This document shows positions 27,408 through 36,297 of a stretch of 64,000 nt of DNA, in pieces (within the stretch, counting starts at the first letter, position 1; each line of letters opens with the position of its first letter). Below the pieces are notes generated by a model that was not told the DNA's origin, searched no databases, and worked only from the letters and a program-made list of their open reading frames with translations. Both the position numbers and the translations under genes were made by a program. The stretch is from Escherichia phage 348Ecol098PP: sequence record OR062947.1; one strand, given 5' to 3'.

Positions 27408-27956
27408 ATGGCTAAAATTATTTTAGTAGATGGCCCAGATAATGCTGGTAAAACAACTTTCATTAATGACATAATGGAAATTAGTGAAAGATATGTAAAG
27501 ATTGATTTCCCTAAACGAACAGTTGATGGACGTTTCGATGTTAAGTCTCGAAATGAAGTTGGCTGTTTCGAAACGATGTTGAATTATTTAGACCCTACTA
27601 AGATTTATCTGTTAGACCGTGGATATATTAGTAACTGGGTTTATGGACGTATTCGACAAGACGCGGACTCGGTTCTTGACGTTTATGAACAGGATTATGT
27701 TCGTCTTTGCCAAAACCATGATGTGTTCACAATTATTTTAACACGTAACGAAATGACTGAAAGTTTTGAAGACGACCTTATTACTTTGTCTTCATTCGGT
27801 TTTAATACAGTCATTTCACATTTTGAAGAGTTTGCAATTCATAACAAAATCCAAACGTATCAATTACTTAATCATGATGGTGCTAACAAAGTTATAGGAT
27901 TTAATGCAAGCGAACGTAATGATTTGATTACAGAAATCATCAAATGGGCTCGTTAA
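27408..27956 (+). CDS. P-loop kinase (thymidylate/nucleoside-monophosphate kinase-like)
   Basis: Walker A ILVDGPDNAGKTTF; size 182 aa; GAGGAA RBS. Confidence 0.7.
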   Translation: MAKIILVDGPDNAGKTTFINDIMEISERYVKIDFPKRTVDGRFDVKSRNEVGCFETMLNYLDPTKIYLLDRGYISNWVYGRIRQDADSVLDVYEQDYVRLCQNHDVFTIILTRNEMTESFEDDLITLSSFGFNTVISHFEEFAIHNKIQTYQLLNHDGANKVIGFNASERNDLITEIIKWAR

Positions 27957-28054
27957 GAGCCATTTAAAGTTTTAAATGCTGTATAACCCTTAGTATATAA
28001 TCATCTTATCTTTTAAACATGAGTAAAATATAATGATGCCTATGGAAAAATACA

Positions 28055-29227
28055 ATGTCTGATTTAAAATCTCGTCTGATTAAAGCTTCTACTTCTAAAA
28101 TGACTGCAGACTTGACTAAGTCTAAGCTGTTTAATAATCGTGATGAAGTCCCTACTCGTATTCCGATGTTGAATATTGCACTAGGTGGTGCTCTGAATGC
28201 AGGATTGCAATCAGGCTTGACTATTTTTGCTGCACCTTCTAAACATTTTAAAACATTGTTTGGACTGACCATGGTTGCAGCATATATGAAGAAATATAAA
28301 GATGCAATTTGTTTGTTCTATGATTCAGAATTTGGTGCTTCAGAATCTTATTTTCGTTCAATGGGTGTTGATTTAGACCGTGTAGTTCATACTCCGATTC
28401 AATCTGTCGAACAACTTAAAGTTGATATGACTAATCAGCTTGACGCGATTGAACGTGGTGATAAAGTTATTATCTTTATCGATTCAATCGGTAATACTGC
28501 ATCTAAGAAAGAAACCGAAGATGCGTTGAACGAGAAAGTTGTAGGTGATATGTCTCGTGCTAAGGCACTTAAATCTCTGTTCCGCATTGTGACTCCTTAT
28601 CTGACTATTAAAGATATTCCATGTGTTGCAATCAACCATACAGCAATGGAAATCGGCGGACTATATCCTAAAGAGATTATGGGCGGCGGTACAGGTATTC
28701 TTTACTCTGCTAACACTGTATTCTTTATCTCTAAACGTCAGGTTAAAGAAGGTACAGAATTGACCGGTTATGACTTCACGTTGAAAGCAGAAAAATCTCG
28801 CACAGTTAAAGAGAAATCTACTTTCCCGATCACGGTTAATTTTGATGGCGGTATTGACCCATTCAGTGGCTTGTTAGAAATGGCAACTGAAATTGGTTTT
28901 GTAGTTAAGCCTAAAGCCGGGTGGTATGCTCGTGAATTCCTTGACGAAGAAACAGGCGAAATGATTCGTGAAGAAAAATCATGGCGTGCTAAAGCTACTG
29001 ATTGTGTAGAATTTTGGGGGCCGTTGTTTAAACATAAGCCTTTCCGAGATGCAATTGAAACTAAATATAAACTAGGTGCTATCTCTTCTATTAAAGAAGT
29101 TGATGACGCTGTTAACGACCTTATTAATTGCAAAGCAACAACTAAAGTTCCGGTTAAAACTTCTGATGCTCCGTCTGCAGCAGATATAGAAAACGACCTT
29201 GACGAAATGGAAGATTTCGATGAATAA
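28055..29227 (+). CDS. uvsX: recombinase UvsX (RecA-like)
   Basis: 390 aa; N-terminal MSDLKSRLIKASTSK...; RecA fold motifs. Confidence 0.95.
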   Translation: MSDLKSRLIKASTSKMTADLTKSKLFNNRDEVPTRIPMLNIALGGALNAGLQSGLTIFAAPSKHFKTLFGLTMVAAYMKKYKDAICLFYDSEFGASESYFRSMGVDLDRVVHTPIQSVEQLKVDMTNQLDAIERGDKVIIFIDSIGNTASKKETEDALNEKVVGDMSRAKALKSLFRIVTPYLTIKDIPCVAINHTAMEIGGLYPKEIMGGGTGILYSANTVFFISKRQVKEGTELTGYDFTLKAEKSRTVKEKSTFPITVNFDGGIDPFSGLLEMATEIGFVVKPKAGWYAREFLDEETGEMIREEKSWRAKATDCVEFWGPLFKHKPFRDAIETKYKLGAISSIKEVDDAVNDLINCKATTKVPVKTSDAPSAADIENDLDEMEDFDE

Positions 29228-29561
29228 TCTCGATGATTTAAATCTAGAAATCGTTGATGAATCCCCTTCTTCGGAAGGGGAAGACATTCGCAAAGAACGA
29301 GTGTTTAATGAATCTCTTAAAATTGTCCGTTCAGCAATGGAAAATGTCATTCAAGAGATTCTGATTACACTTGAAGACGGTTCCCATCATATAGTCTATA
29401 TTACAAAACTAGACTGGGTTGATGGTAAAATCGTAATGGACTTTGCAGTTCTTGACCAGGACAGAAAAGCAGAACTTGCACCACATGTTGAAAAATGTGT
29501 TACAATGCAAGTACAACAAGCTTTTAATGAACGAACCAAGAAAAAATTTAAATTCTTTTAA
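29220..29561 (+). CDS. 40: gp40-like head assembly protein
   Basis: synteny uvsX-40-41; ATG 29220 in ORF-track frame. Confidence 0.7.
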   Translation: MNNLDDLNLEIVDESPSSEGEDIRKERVFNESLKIVRSAMENVIQEILITLEDGSHHIVYITKLDWVDGKIVMDFAVLDQDRKAELAPHVEKCVTMQVQQAFNERTKKKFKFF

Positions 29562-29570
29562 GGAGTTATC

Positions 29571-31013
29571 GTGGTAGAAATTATTTTGTCTCATCTAGTA
29601 TACGACCAGGCTTATTTTTCTAAGGTCTGGCCTTATATGGATTCTGAGTATTTTGAGCGTGGACCGGCAAAAAATGTCTTTAAAATTATAAAGAGCCACG
29701 TTAACGAATATAATGCAATGCCATCTATCAATGCGTTAAAGGTGGCTTTAGATAACAGTTCTTTAACTGAAGCCGAATATAAAGGAACTTCAGACCTAAT
29801 TGAAAAATTGGCTGATACTCCTGAAGACCACGAATGGTTGGTTAAAGAAACTGAGAAATATGTCCAGCAAAAAGCGATGTATAACGCTACATCCAAAATC
29901 ATTGAGATTCAGTCTAATGCTGAACTACCTCCAGAACAACGTAACAAGAAAATGCCTGACGTAGGAGCTATTCCTGATATTATGCGTCAAGCACTTTCAA
30001 TTTCGTTTGATAGTTATGTTGGGCATGACTGGATGGAAGACTACGAAGCACGCTGGCTTTCTTATCTGAACAAAGCACGTAAGGTCCCGTTCAAATTAAA
30101 CATTTTGAATAAAATCACTAAAGGTGGTGCTGAAACCGGTACACTAAACGTTTTAATGGCTGGTGTTAACGTCGGTAAATCTTTAGGCCTTTGTTCACTT
30201 GCTGCAGATTATCTTCAAACAGGTCATAATGTTCTTTATATTTCCATGGAAATGGCTGAAGAAGTTTGTGCTAAGCGTATAGATGCAAACATGCTTGACG
30301 TATCACTTGATGATATTGATGATGGTAACGTATCTTATGCTGAATATAAAGCCAAGATGGAAAAATGGCGTTCAAAAACAACATTAGGACGTTTAGTAGT
30401 TAAACAGTATCCTACTGGTGGAGCTAATGCTAATACATTCCGTGCATTGCTTAATGAATTGAAACTCAAGAAGAACTTTGTGCCATCTGTAATCATGGTT
30501 GATTACTTAGGTATTTGTGGGTCTTGTCGTATCAGAGTTTACACTGAAAATAGCTACACATTAGTTAAAGCTATCGCAGAAGAACTTCGTGCATTAGCAG
30601 TAGAATCTGAAACAGTTCTATGGACTGCAGCTCAAGTAGGACGTGCAGCATGGGATGCTTCAGACATGAACATGAGTGATATTGCAGAATCAGCAGGTTT
30701 ACCAGCAACGGCAGATTTCATGTTGGCCGTAATTGAAACCGAAGAACTTGCACAAGCTGAACAACAACTTATCAAACAAATCAAATCACGATACGGTGAT
30801 AAGAATAAGTGGAATAAATTCCTGATGGGTGTACGTAAAGGCAACCAGAAATGGATTGAGATTGAGCAAGAAGGCATGAACACACCTAACACAGTAAATG
30901 AAAACGCAGGTGCTCAGATGCGTCAGGCAGAGATGAATCGTACGGAACGCGTAGGTAAAGCCAAAGCAACACGTGCTGACCTAGATAGCTTAGCCAATGA
31001 GTTAAAATTTTAA
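29571..31013 (+). CDS. 41: replicative DNA helicase gp41 (DnaB-like), GTG start
   Basis: MVEIILSHLVYDQAYFSKVWPYMDSEYFE...; Walker A GVNVGKS; AAGGAG 5 nt upstream of GTG. Confidence 0.93.
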   Translation: MVEIILSHLVYDQAYFSKVWPYMDSEYFERGPAKNVFKIIKSHVNEYNAMPSINALKVALDNSSLTEAEYKGTSDLIEKLADTPEDHEWLVKETEKYVQQKAMYNATSKIIEIQSNAELPPEQRNKKMPDVGAIPDIMRQALSISFDSYVGHDWMEDYEARWLSYLNKARKVPFKLNILNKITKGGAETGTLNVLMAGVNVGKSLGLCSLAADYLQTGHNVLYISMEMAEEVCAKRIDANMLDVSLDDIDDGNVSYAEYKAKMEKWRSKTTLGRLVVKQYPTGGANANTFRALLNELKLKKNFVPSVIMVDYLGICGSCRIRVYTENSYTLVKAIAEELRALAVESETVLWTAAQVGRAAWDASDMNMSDIAESAGLPATADFMLAVIETEELAQAEQQLIKQIKSRYGDKNKWNKFLMGVRKGNQKWIEIEQEGMNTPNTVNENAGAQMRQAEMNRTERVGKAKATRADLDSLANELKF

Positions 31014-31019
31014 TAAAAA

Positions 31020-31038
31020 GGAGACTTCGGTCTCCTTT
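31020..31038 (+). terminator. UUCG tetraloop hairpin after gene 41
   Basis: GGAGAC-TTCG-GTCTCC-TTT. Confidence 0.45.
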
Positions 31039-31042
31039 CGGG

Positions 31043-31072
31043 GTTTACATCTTCCTCTAGGCATGATATGAT
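31043..31072 (+). promoter_or_regulatory. early-type promoter
   Basis: GTTTAC-N17-(A)TATGAT. Confidence 0.45.
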
Positions 31073-31101
31073 GTACTTACACCAACCAAGAGGAGAACAA
31101 A

Positions 31102-31419
31102 ATGAAAACCATCGATTGTAAAGCAGAATTTAAGATTTTTTATCACGGTTCAAGTAGTTCAGCTAACATCGAAAACATGCTTTGTCCTCCTGAGGAAACA
31201 GGAGTTCTGTCTGAAACCGGACGTAAGAAAAACTTGGATCGTGTATTCTTTACTGAAGATATCGGTTTAGCAAAGATTTATGCAGGACGAGCAGCACGCT
31301 CTTATGGAGGTGAACCACGTCTCTATCGAGTAATTTCTCCGGTAGACGTAGTTCAAATGAATAATACTAAAGGTGCTACAGTTTATCACGCTGAATGGGC
31401 ATTTTGTGAGGAAATATGA
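31102..31419 (+). CDS. hypothetical protein
   Basis: ORF track; GAGGAGAA RBS. Confidence 0.65.
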   Translation: MKTIDCKAEFKIFYHGSSSSANIENMLCPPEETGVLSETGRKKNLDRVFFTEDIGLAKIYAGRAARSYGGEPRLYRVISPVDVVQMNNTKGATVYHAEWAFCEEI

Positions 31420-31604
31420 ACAAATTAACTAAAGTTACTTTTATCGGTTGGTTTAAAAGCGGTGAGATGTTCACTAAAGATATCATGTTATCAGGTGATC
31501 GCGAAGAAATCGAGTGGGTTACGGTACAACTTGCTGAAGTGAACAACGCATTAGTTAAAGCATTTGTTAATGACGAGAAAGTTTTCGAAGCAGATTTTCA
31601 ATAA
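31416..31604 (+). CDS. hypothetical small acidic protein
   Basis: ORF track; ATGA coupling. Confidence 0.6.
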   Translation: MNKLTKVTFIGWFKSGEMFTKDIMLSGDREEIEWVTVQLAEVNNALVKAFVNDEKVFEADFQ

Positions 31605-31616
31605 TTTTAAATAACT

Positions 31617-31647
31617 GTTTACAAGCACCACATACTGTGTTACTATC
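31617..31647 (+). promoter_or_regulatory. early-type promoter
   Basis: GTTTAC-N17/18-TACTAT. Confidence 0.4.
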
Positions 31648-31674
31648 TTTCTATCAACTACAGAGGAAATTGAA

Positions 31675-32043
31675 ATGAAAAAATTAATCGCTTTAGCAAT
31701 GGTATTTGGATTAACCGGATGTGGTGCCCACGGCTTTATCCCTAATAACGTTGGCCAACTGATTTACAATCCGAATGTTAAACAGTATGACCAACCTAAA
31801 GTTGAAGTGGAAGACCCGGTTACTGTAGGTAATCGAATGATTCAAGCTGATACCCATGCTCAACGTTATCGTGACTCTGATACTGTAGCATTGTCAAAAG
31901 AACAACGCGTTAAAGAACATTGTCTACAGGCTACTGAAATCGCATTCATTCGCTATGTTGAAACAACTGGTAAAGAGCCTACCCAGAAACAAATCGTGAA
32001 TAACTACGTCCAGTGTATTGAACGTTTAAACAAATTTAATTAA
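31675..32043 (+). CDS. lipoprotein (lipobox LTGC)
   Basis: signal peptide MKKLIALAMVFGLTGC. Confidence 0.7.
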   Translation: MKKLIALAMVFGLTGCGAHGFIPNNVGQLIYNPNVKQYDQPKVEVEDPVTVGNRMIQADTHAQRYRDSDTVALSKEQRVKEHCLQATEIAFIRYVETTGKEPTQKQIVNNYVQCIERLNKFN

Positions 32044-32046
32044 TTG

Positions 32047-32077
32047 GTTTACACCAAAGTTAAAACAAGATACTATA
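32047..32077 (+). promoter_or_regulatory. early-type promoter
   Basis: GTTTAC-N17-ATACTAT. Confidence 0.4.
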
Positions 32078-32104
32078 AACATAACAAATCAAGAGGAAAT
32101 TAAC

Positions 32105-32353
32105 ATGGAATTATTCGTAGCTAGTTCAGTAGCAGTTTTAATCGCAGGTATTGGTTCAATCATCATTTACATGTTGCCTTGGGTAATCGCACTTATTCGT
32201 GGCACAAAAAGCACAACAGCAATCTTCTTTGTATCTTTACTCTTTAACTGGACGATGGTTGGTTGGATTGGAACTTTAATTTGGTCTATCGTTGCCGAAA
32301 AGAAATCTGCTCAGCAGCCTCAACAAGTAATTATTATTCGCGAAAAAGAATAA
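32105..32353 (+). CDS. inner-membrane protein (two TM helices)
   Basis: hydrophobic segments; GAGGAAA RBS. Confidence 0.7.
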   Translation: MELFVASSVAVLIAGIGSIIIYMLPWVIALIRGTKSTTAIFFVSLLFNWTMVGWIGTLIWSIVAEKKSAQQPQQVIIIREKE

Positions 32354-32357
32354 ACTT

Positions 32358-32387
32358 GTTTACATTATAGATGGACTATAGTATAGT
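32358..32387 (+). promoter_or_regulatory. early-type promoter
   Basis: GTTTAC-N17/18-TATAGT. Confidence 0.45.
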
Positions 32388-32416
32388 AGTCCTATCAAAT
32401 CAACTAAGGAGTTAAA

Positions 32417-32710
32417 ATGAAAAAGTTATCATTGGCAGCAATCTTACTTGCAGTATCATGTGCACCGGCTCCAGTTACGGCAGGTTATGATAAAGACCTC
32501 TGTGAGTGGTCAATGACTGCAAATCAAGAAGATGTTGAACAACAAATCTTCTCTGATATCATGAACATCACTAAACGAGACCGTCCTAATATGGTTAATA
32601 AAGTTGTTGAACAACTTAAGTCTGGCGGTATCATGCAGTACAACTATGTTTTGTATTGTGACCCTAATTTCGATAACAAAGATATCGTAACCGAAATCAC
32701 AGGTGAATAA
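32417..32710 (+). CDS. secreted/periplasmic protein with signal peptide; Sp (spackle)-like by size and neighbourhood
   Basis: MKKLSLAAILLAVSCAPAPVTAG signal peptide; 97 aa. Confidence 0.6.
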   Translation: MKKLSLAAILLAVSCAPAPVTAGYDKDLCEWSMTANQEDVEQQIFSDIMNITKRDRPNMVNKVVEQLKSGGIMQYNYVLYCDPNFDNKDIVTEITGE

Positions 32711-32711
32711 T

Positions 32712-33362
32712 ATGATTTATTATATGCACAAAAATGCGCCATTTAAATATGGTAAATTTCCTAATGCACAATGTTATAATATAACGCCGAATGAAAATAA
32801 TAACGGATACCATCTCGGTGTAATTTTTGTAATTGTTAAAGATAACGAAATCGTTGCCTGGGCAGATTTTAAAGGTACAACATACGATGTTAATCCTGTG
32901 CCTTTCACATATTACAATATAATGGATTTGGCATATGATTATAATTGGTTTAATCATGACACGTTGGCTCATATTGAAGGTGTAGGATTTGACATCTCTT
33001 ATTCTAGCTATTCATTATGTCCTATGAGCCGAGCTCACGGTAAAGATGTATCATATCTTTCAATTCGGAAACGTGTAAACTTCAAACGTAGTACAGAGTA
33101 TGTTGGTGGACTCTTTGTTAAAGATAATAAAATAACCCGTATTAGTTATCCTTTAAGTGTGGGCCAAAAAGATGTTGATGTTGATTTGGACTTAACTGAA
33201 AATAACATTAATCGTATTGCTTCTGTATATTTTGATATCGATGAAAAAATTGTAGTGTGTGGATACGAATTACCACCTGAAGAAAAGGCTGAAGCAATTG
33301 AAGTCGAATTAGAAATTTCTGTTGATGACCAAATATTTAATGCATTTATGAATCGAGGTTAA
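32712..33362 (+). CDS. hypothetical protein
   Basis: ATG 32712 in ORF-track frame. Confidence 0.65.
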   Translation: MIYYMHKNAPFKYGKFPNAQCYNITPNENNNGYHLGVIFVIVKDNEIVAWADFKGTTYDVNPVPFTYYNIMDLAYDYNWFNHDTLAHIEGVGFDISYSSYSLCPMSRAHGKDVSYLSIRKRVNFKRSTEYVGGLFVKDNKITRISYPLSVGQKDVDVDLDLTENNINRIASVYFDIDEKIVVCGYELPPEEKAEAIEVELEISVDDQIFNAFMNRG

Positions 33363-33363
33363 A

Positions 33364-33561
33364 ATGACTACTGCAATTTGCACTGGTTCTAAAATTAGTG
33401 TTTTTACAAGTTTTGAAGATTATGAAGTTGTTTCAAAACACCAATGTCATATTAGCGTAAAAGCTAATGATGGTGTAATTTGGAATATTCCACAGTATGA
33501 AGGCACCACATATGAAGTCACAAATATAAATGGTGACAAAGCAATCTTTGTAATTGATTAA
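33364..33561 (+). CDS. hypothetical protein
   Basis: ORF track. Confidence 0.55.
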   Translation: MTTAICTGSKISVFTSFEDYEVVSKHQCHISVKANDGVIWNIPQYEGTTYEVTNINGDKAIFVID

Positions 33562-33580
33562 ATATACTCAGGAGGTACCT

Positions 33581-34048
33581 ATGGGTATTATTAACACTGC
33601 AATAGATTCTGTTTACGCATATAAGTTTATTCGACTAATGCAAAAACCTTTTACCGAATGGAAAGCATACGAAGCCAAAATCATCGATGAACGTGGAAGT
33701 GTTCTTAAACGTCCTTCTACTCCCGAAGAAAAAGCGGCGTATACACCTTTTCATGCTTCAGTTCGTTCAATGAAGCGAATGATGAGCACTGTTCCAGGTC
33801 TTAATGGAATGGCCTCAATGATGTCTGCCTGGAGTGCTGTAGCTTCACGCTATAACATTACTGAAGAACAACAGAAAGAAATATTTAAAGAACTCCCTTT
33901 ATTTGAGGATATGGTTGCTGGTGATTCAGGCGGCAGTCCTCAAGCTATTGCATCAGGAACAACTACAGGTGCAGTCGTAAATAAAGGTCCAGAACAAATT
34001 CCTTCCAAGAAAAGAAAGCGAATTAAAGTAAATATTAATAAGTTGTGA
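33581..34048 (+). CDS. hypothetical protein with basic C-terminal tail
   Basis: ATG 33581 after AGGAGG RBS. Confidence 0.65.
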   Translation: MGIINTAIDSVYAYKFIRLMQKPFTEWKAYEAKIIDERGSVLKRPSTPEEKAAYTPFHASVRSMKRMMSTVPGLNGMASMMSAWSAVASRYNITEEQQKEIFKELPLFEDMVAGDSGGSPQAIASGTTTGAVVNKGPEQIPSKKRKRIKVNINKL

Positions 34049-34087
34049 TATGATGGCCTTAAATTAATAAGGCCTCTGGAGAATACT

Positions 34088-35110
34088 ATGGCTGAATGGA
34101 TAGATAATGAATTTGCTTATCGTGCGTTTTCTCACCTCCCTCGTTTTAGACAAATCAATAATTCAAGCACATTTAAATTAACATTTCGATGTCCAGTTTG
34201 TGGCGACTCTCAGACAGATGCAATGAAAGCTCGCGGATGGTATTACGGTGGTACTCCTGGTAATGTACATTGCTATAACTGTCAATACCACAATACAATT
34301 TCCGGATACTTAAAAGAGTATGATGAAGAGCTTTATCGCGAATATCTAATGGAAGTTCGTAAAGAAAAAGCTAGAATGGAACCAAAGATTGAAAAGGTTC
34401 CTGAAGCTAAGCCTGAGCCAGAGAAAAAGACTATAAATTCTTTGCCGTCTTGTTCTCGTCTGGACAAGTTGCCTGAAGAGCATCCTATTGTGAAATATGT
34501 TAAGTCTCGGTGTATTCCTAAAGAATCATGGAACAGATTATGGTTCACATTAGAATGGCCCAAATTGGTCAACAAGATTCAACCTGGTACGTATAAGAAA
34601 GAGATTCCCGAACCACGGTTAGTGATTCCTATTTTTAATAAAGATGGGAAGGCCGAGTCATTCCAAGGACGTGCACTTCGTAAAGATGCTCCTCAGAAAT
34701 ATATCACTATTAAAGCGTTTGAGTCTGCAACAAAAATTTATGGTGTTGAACGTGTTAAGGAAGGAGACGTCTGGGTAATGGAAGGCCCTATTGATAGTTT
34801 ATTCATACCCAATGCAATCGCTATTACAGGCGGCTCAATAGATTTAGACGTGGTACCATTTAAAGAACGTCGGGTATGGGTAATGGATAATGAACCTAGG
34901 CATCCGGATACTATAGCTCGCATGAAGCGATTAGTTGATGCAGGCGAACGTGTCATGTTCTGGGACCGAGCTCCATGGAGATCAAAGGATGTGAATGATA
35001 TGGTAATGAAAGAAAATGCAACACCACAAGAAATTTTAGAATATATGAAACAGAATATTTCAAGTGGGTTGCATGCTAAAATGAGATTATCTCGTTATTC
35101 GAAGATTTAA
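34088..35110 (+). CDS. 61: DNA primase gp61
   Basis: IDNEFAYRAF.HLP.F.Q.NNSSTFKL.FRCPVCGDS zinc ribbon and TOPRIM region match T4 gp61. Confidence 0.93.
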   Translation: MAEWIDNEFAYRAFSHLPRFRQINNSSTFKLTFRCPVCGDSQTDAMKARGWYYGGTPGNVHCYNCQYHNTISGYLKEYDEELYREYLMEVRKEKARMEPKIEKVPEAKPEPEKKTINSLPSCSRLDKLPEEHPIVKYVKSRCIPKESWNRLWFTLEWPKLVNKIQPGTYKKEIPEPRLVIPIFNKDGKAESFQGRALRKDAPQKYITIKAFESATKIYGVERVKEGDVWVMEGPIDSLFIPNAIAITGGSIDLDVVPFKERRVWVMDNEPRHPDTIARMKRLVDAGERVMFWDRAPWRSKDVNDMVMKENATPQEILEYMKQNISSGLHAKMRLSRYSKI

Positions 35111-35304
35111 ACAAGCCCTATAATAGCAAAGGCCAAATCAACTACAGTATCCAATGGAACAGAAGGAACCATAACACCATGGGCAACTAACAATGGTGCA
35201 ATCCCGAAGTTCCATGAAATAATGCCACCTACAACTATTGCAGCGATAGCAGTTTTCTTTTTATTGCCTTTAATAGCGTTGATTAACGATGGAAGTTTAA
35301 ACAT
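35107..35304 (-). CDS. small membrane protein (65 aa) encoded antisense to the early gene block
   Basis: strong AAGGAG RBS 7 nt upstream on minus strand; two hydrophobic helices; fills the 61-56 intergenic region. Confidence 0.5.
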   Translation of the reverse strand: MFKLPSLINAIKGNKKKTAIAAIVVGGIISWNFGIAPLLVAHGVMVPSVPLDTVVDLAFAIIGLV

Positions 35305-35393
35305 AATATCTCCTTAGTTACCTATTATTTATTACGCTTTATAAAATTAATGTTAGAATTAACTTCTCTTATACTGAATTGAAAGGAAAAATA

Positions 35394-35915
35394 ATGGCAC
35401 ACTTTAACGAATGTTCACAACTTATTTCTGGTGTTGATAAAGCAGAAGAAGCTTATTTTAATGCTCTGATTCACGAAGATAAAGACCCACTGCAGGTAAT
35501 GCTTGATATGCAGAAATCTTTACAGGTTCGTCTGGCAAATGACAAGCCTGAACATAACAAACATCCTGATGAATTGGCCACTGCTGGCGATGTTGTTGAT
35601 TGGCTGCGTAATCAGAAAGATTATATTGATGATGAATTCCGTGAACTGCTGACTTCACTTGGTGGTATGAGCAATGGTGAAAAAGCCGCCAGCAGTGTAT
35701 GGAAGCCGTGGAAGGCACAACATGCTGAATATCGAAATCGTCGTATCGATGAACTGTCTCCTGAAGACCAGCTTGAAATTAAATTCGAGATGATTGATAT
35801 CCTCCACTTTGTTCTGAATATGTTCCAAGGTCTGGGTCTTTCCGCTGAAGAAATCTTTAAACTTTACTACTTGAAAAACCAACACAACTTTGAACGTCAG
35901 GATAATGGTTACTGA
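35394..35915 (+). CDS. 56: dCTP pyrophosphatase gp56
   Basis: MAHFNEC...DKDPLQVMLDMQ...LEIKFE..DI.HFVLNMF.GLG..AEEIFKLYYLKN matches T4 gp56. Confidence 0.92.
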   Translation: MAHFNECSQLISGVDKAEEAYFNALIHEDKDPLQVMLDMQKSLQVRLANDKPEHNKHPDELATAGDVVDWLRNQKDYIDDEFRELLTSLGGMSNGEKAASSVWKPWKAQHAEYRNRRIDELSPEDQLEIKFEMIDILHFVLNMFQGLGLSAEEIFKLYYLKNQHNFERQDNGY

Positions 35916-35921
35916 TTAAGT

Positions 35922-35929
35922 TATAAATA
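35922..35929 (+). promoter_or_regulatory. late promoter TATAAATA upstream of soc
   Basis: exact TATAAATA 32 nt upstream of soc ATG. Confidence 0.6.
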
Positions 35930-35960
35930 CACCTGTAATTAAACAACAAAGGAGTTAATT

Positions 35961-36197
35961 ATGGGTGGTTACGTTAATATCAAAACCTTTACACGTCCGG
36001 CTGGTGAAGGTAAAGAAGTTAAAGGTATGGAAGTTTCTGTGCCGTTTGAGATTTATTCAAACGAACATCGGATTGCAGATTCTCATTACCAAATCTTTCC
36101 ATCAGAAAAGGCAGCTTATTCTACTGTAGTTTCTGATGCAGCTGACTGGAAAACTAAGAACGCTGCAATGTTTACCCCTACACCAGTAAGTGGTTAA
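35961..36197 (+). CDS. soc: small outer capsid protein Soc
   Basis: GYVNIKTF...YQ.FPSEKAAYSTV pattern as in T4 Soc; late promoter upstream; terminator downstream. Confidence 0.8.
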   Translation: MGGYVNIKTFTRPAGEGKEVKGMEVSVPFEIYSNEHRIADSHYQIFPSEKAAYSTVVSDAADWKTKNAAMFTPTPVSG

Positions 36198-36206
36198 ATA
36201 ATTTAA

Positions 36207-36230
36207 GGAATCCTTCGGGATTCCTTTTTT
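36207..36230 (+). terminator. rho-independent terminator (UUCG hairpin + T6)
   Basis: GGAATCC-TTCG-GGATTCC-TTTTTT. Confidence 0.65.
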
Positions 36231-36239
36231 GTTTCTACA

Positions 36240-36270
36240 GTTTACAACCGCTAAAAACTGTGTTAAGATA
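36240..36270 (+). promoter_or_regulatory. early-type promoter
   Basis: GTTTAC-N17-TTAAGAT. Confidence 0.4.
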
Positions 36271-36297
36271 TTTTTACTTACTCAAGAGGAGAACAAT

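Noticed and set aside
28768-29133. 121-aa minus-strand ORF inside uvsX (also 28006..28272)
   Set aside because: Antisense to uvsX; spurious.
31416-31604. 62-aa acidic ORF considered as a Dmd-like antitoxin
   Set aside because: Suggested only by size and nearby position; I cannot support sequence similarity from memory, and T4 dmd maps on the other side of gene 61.
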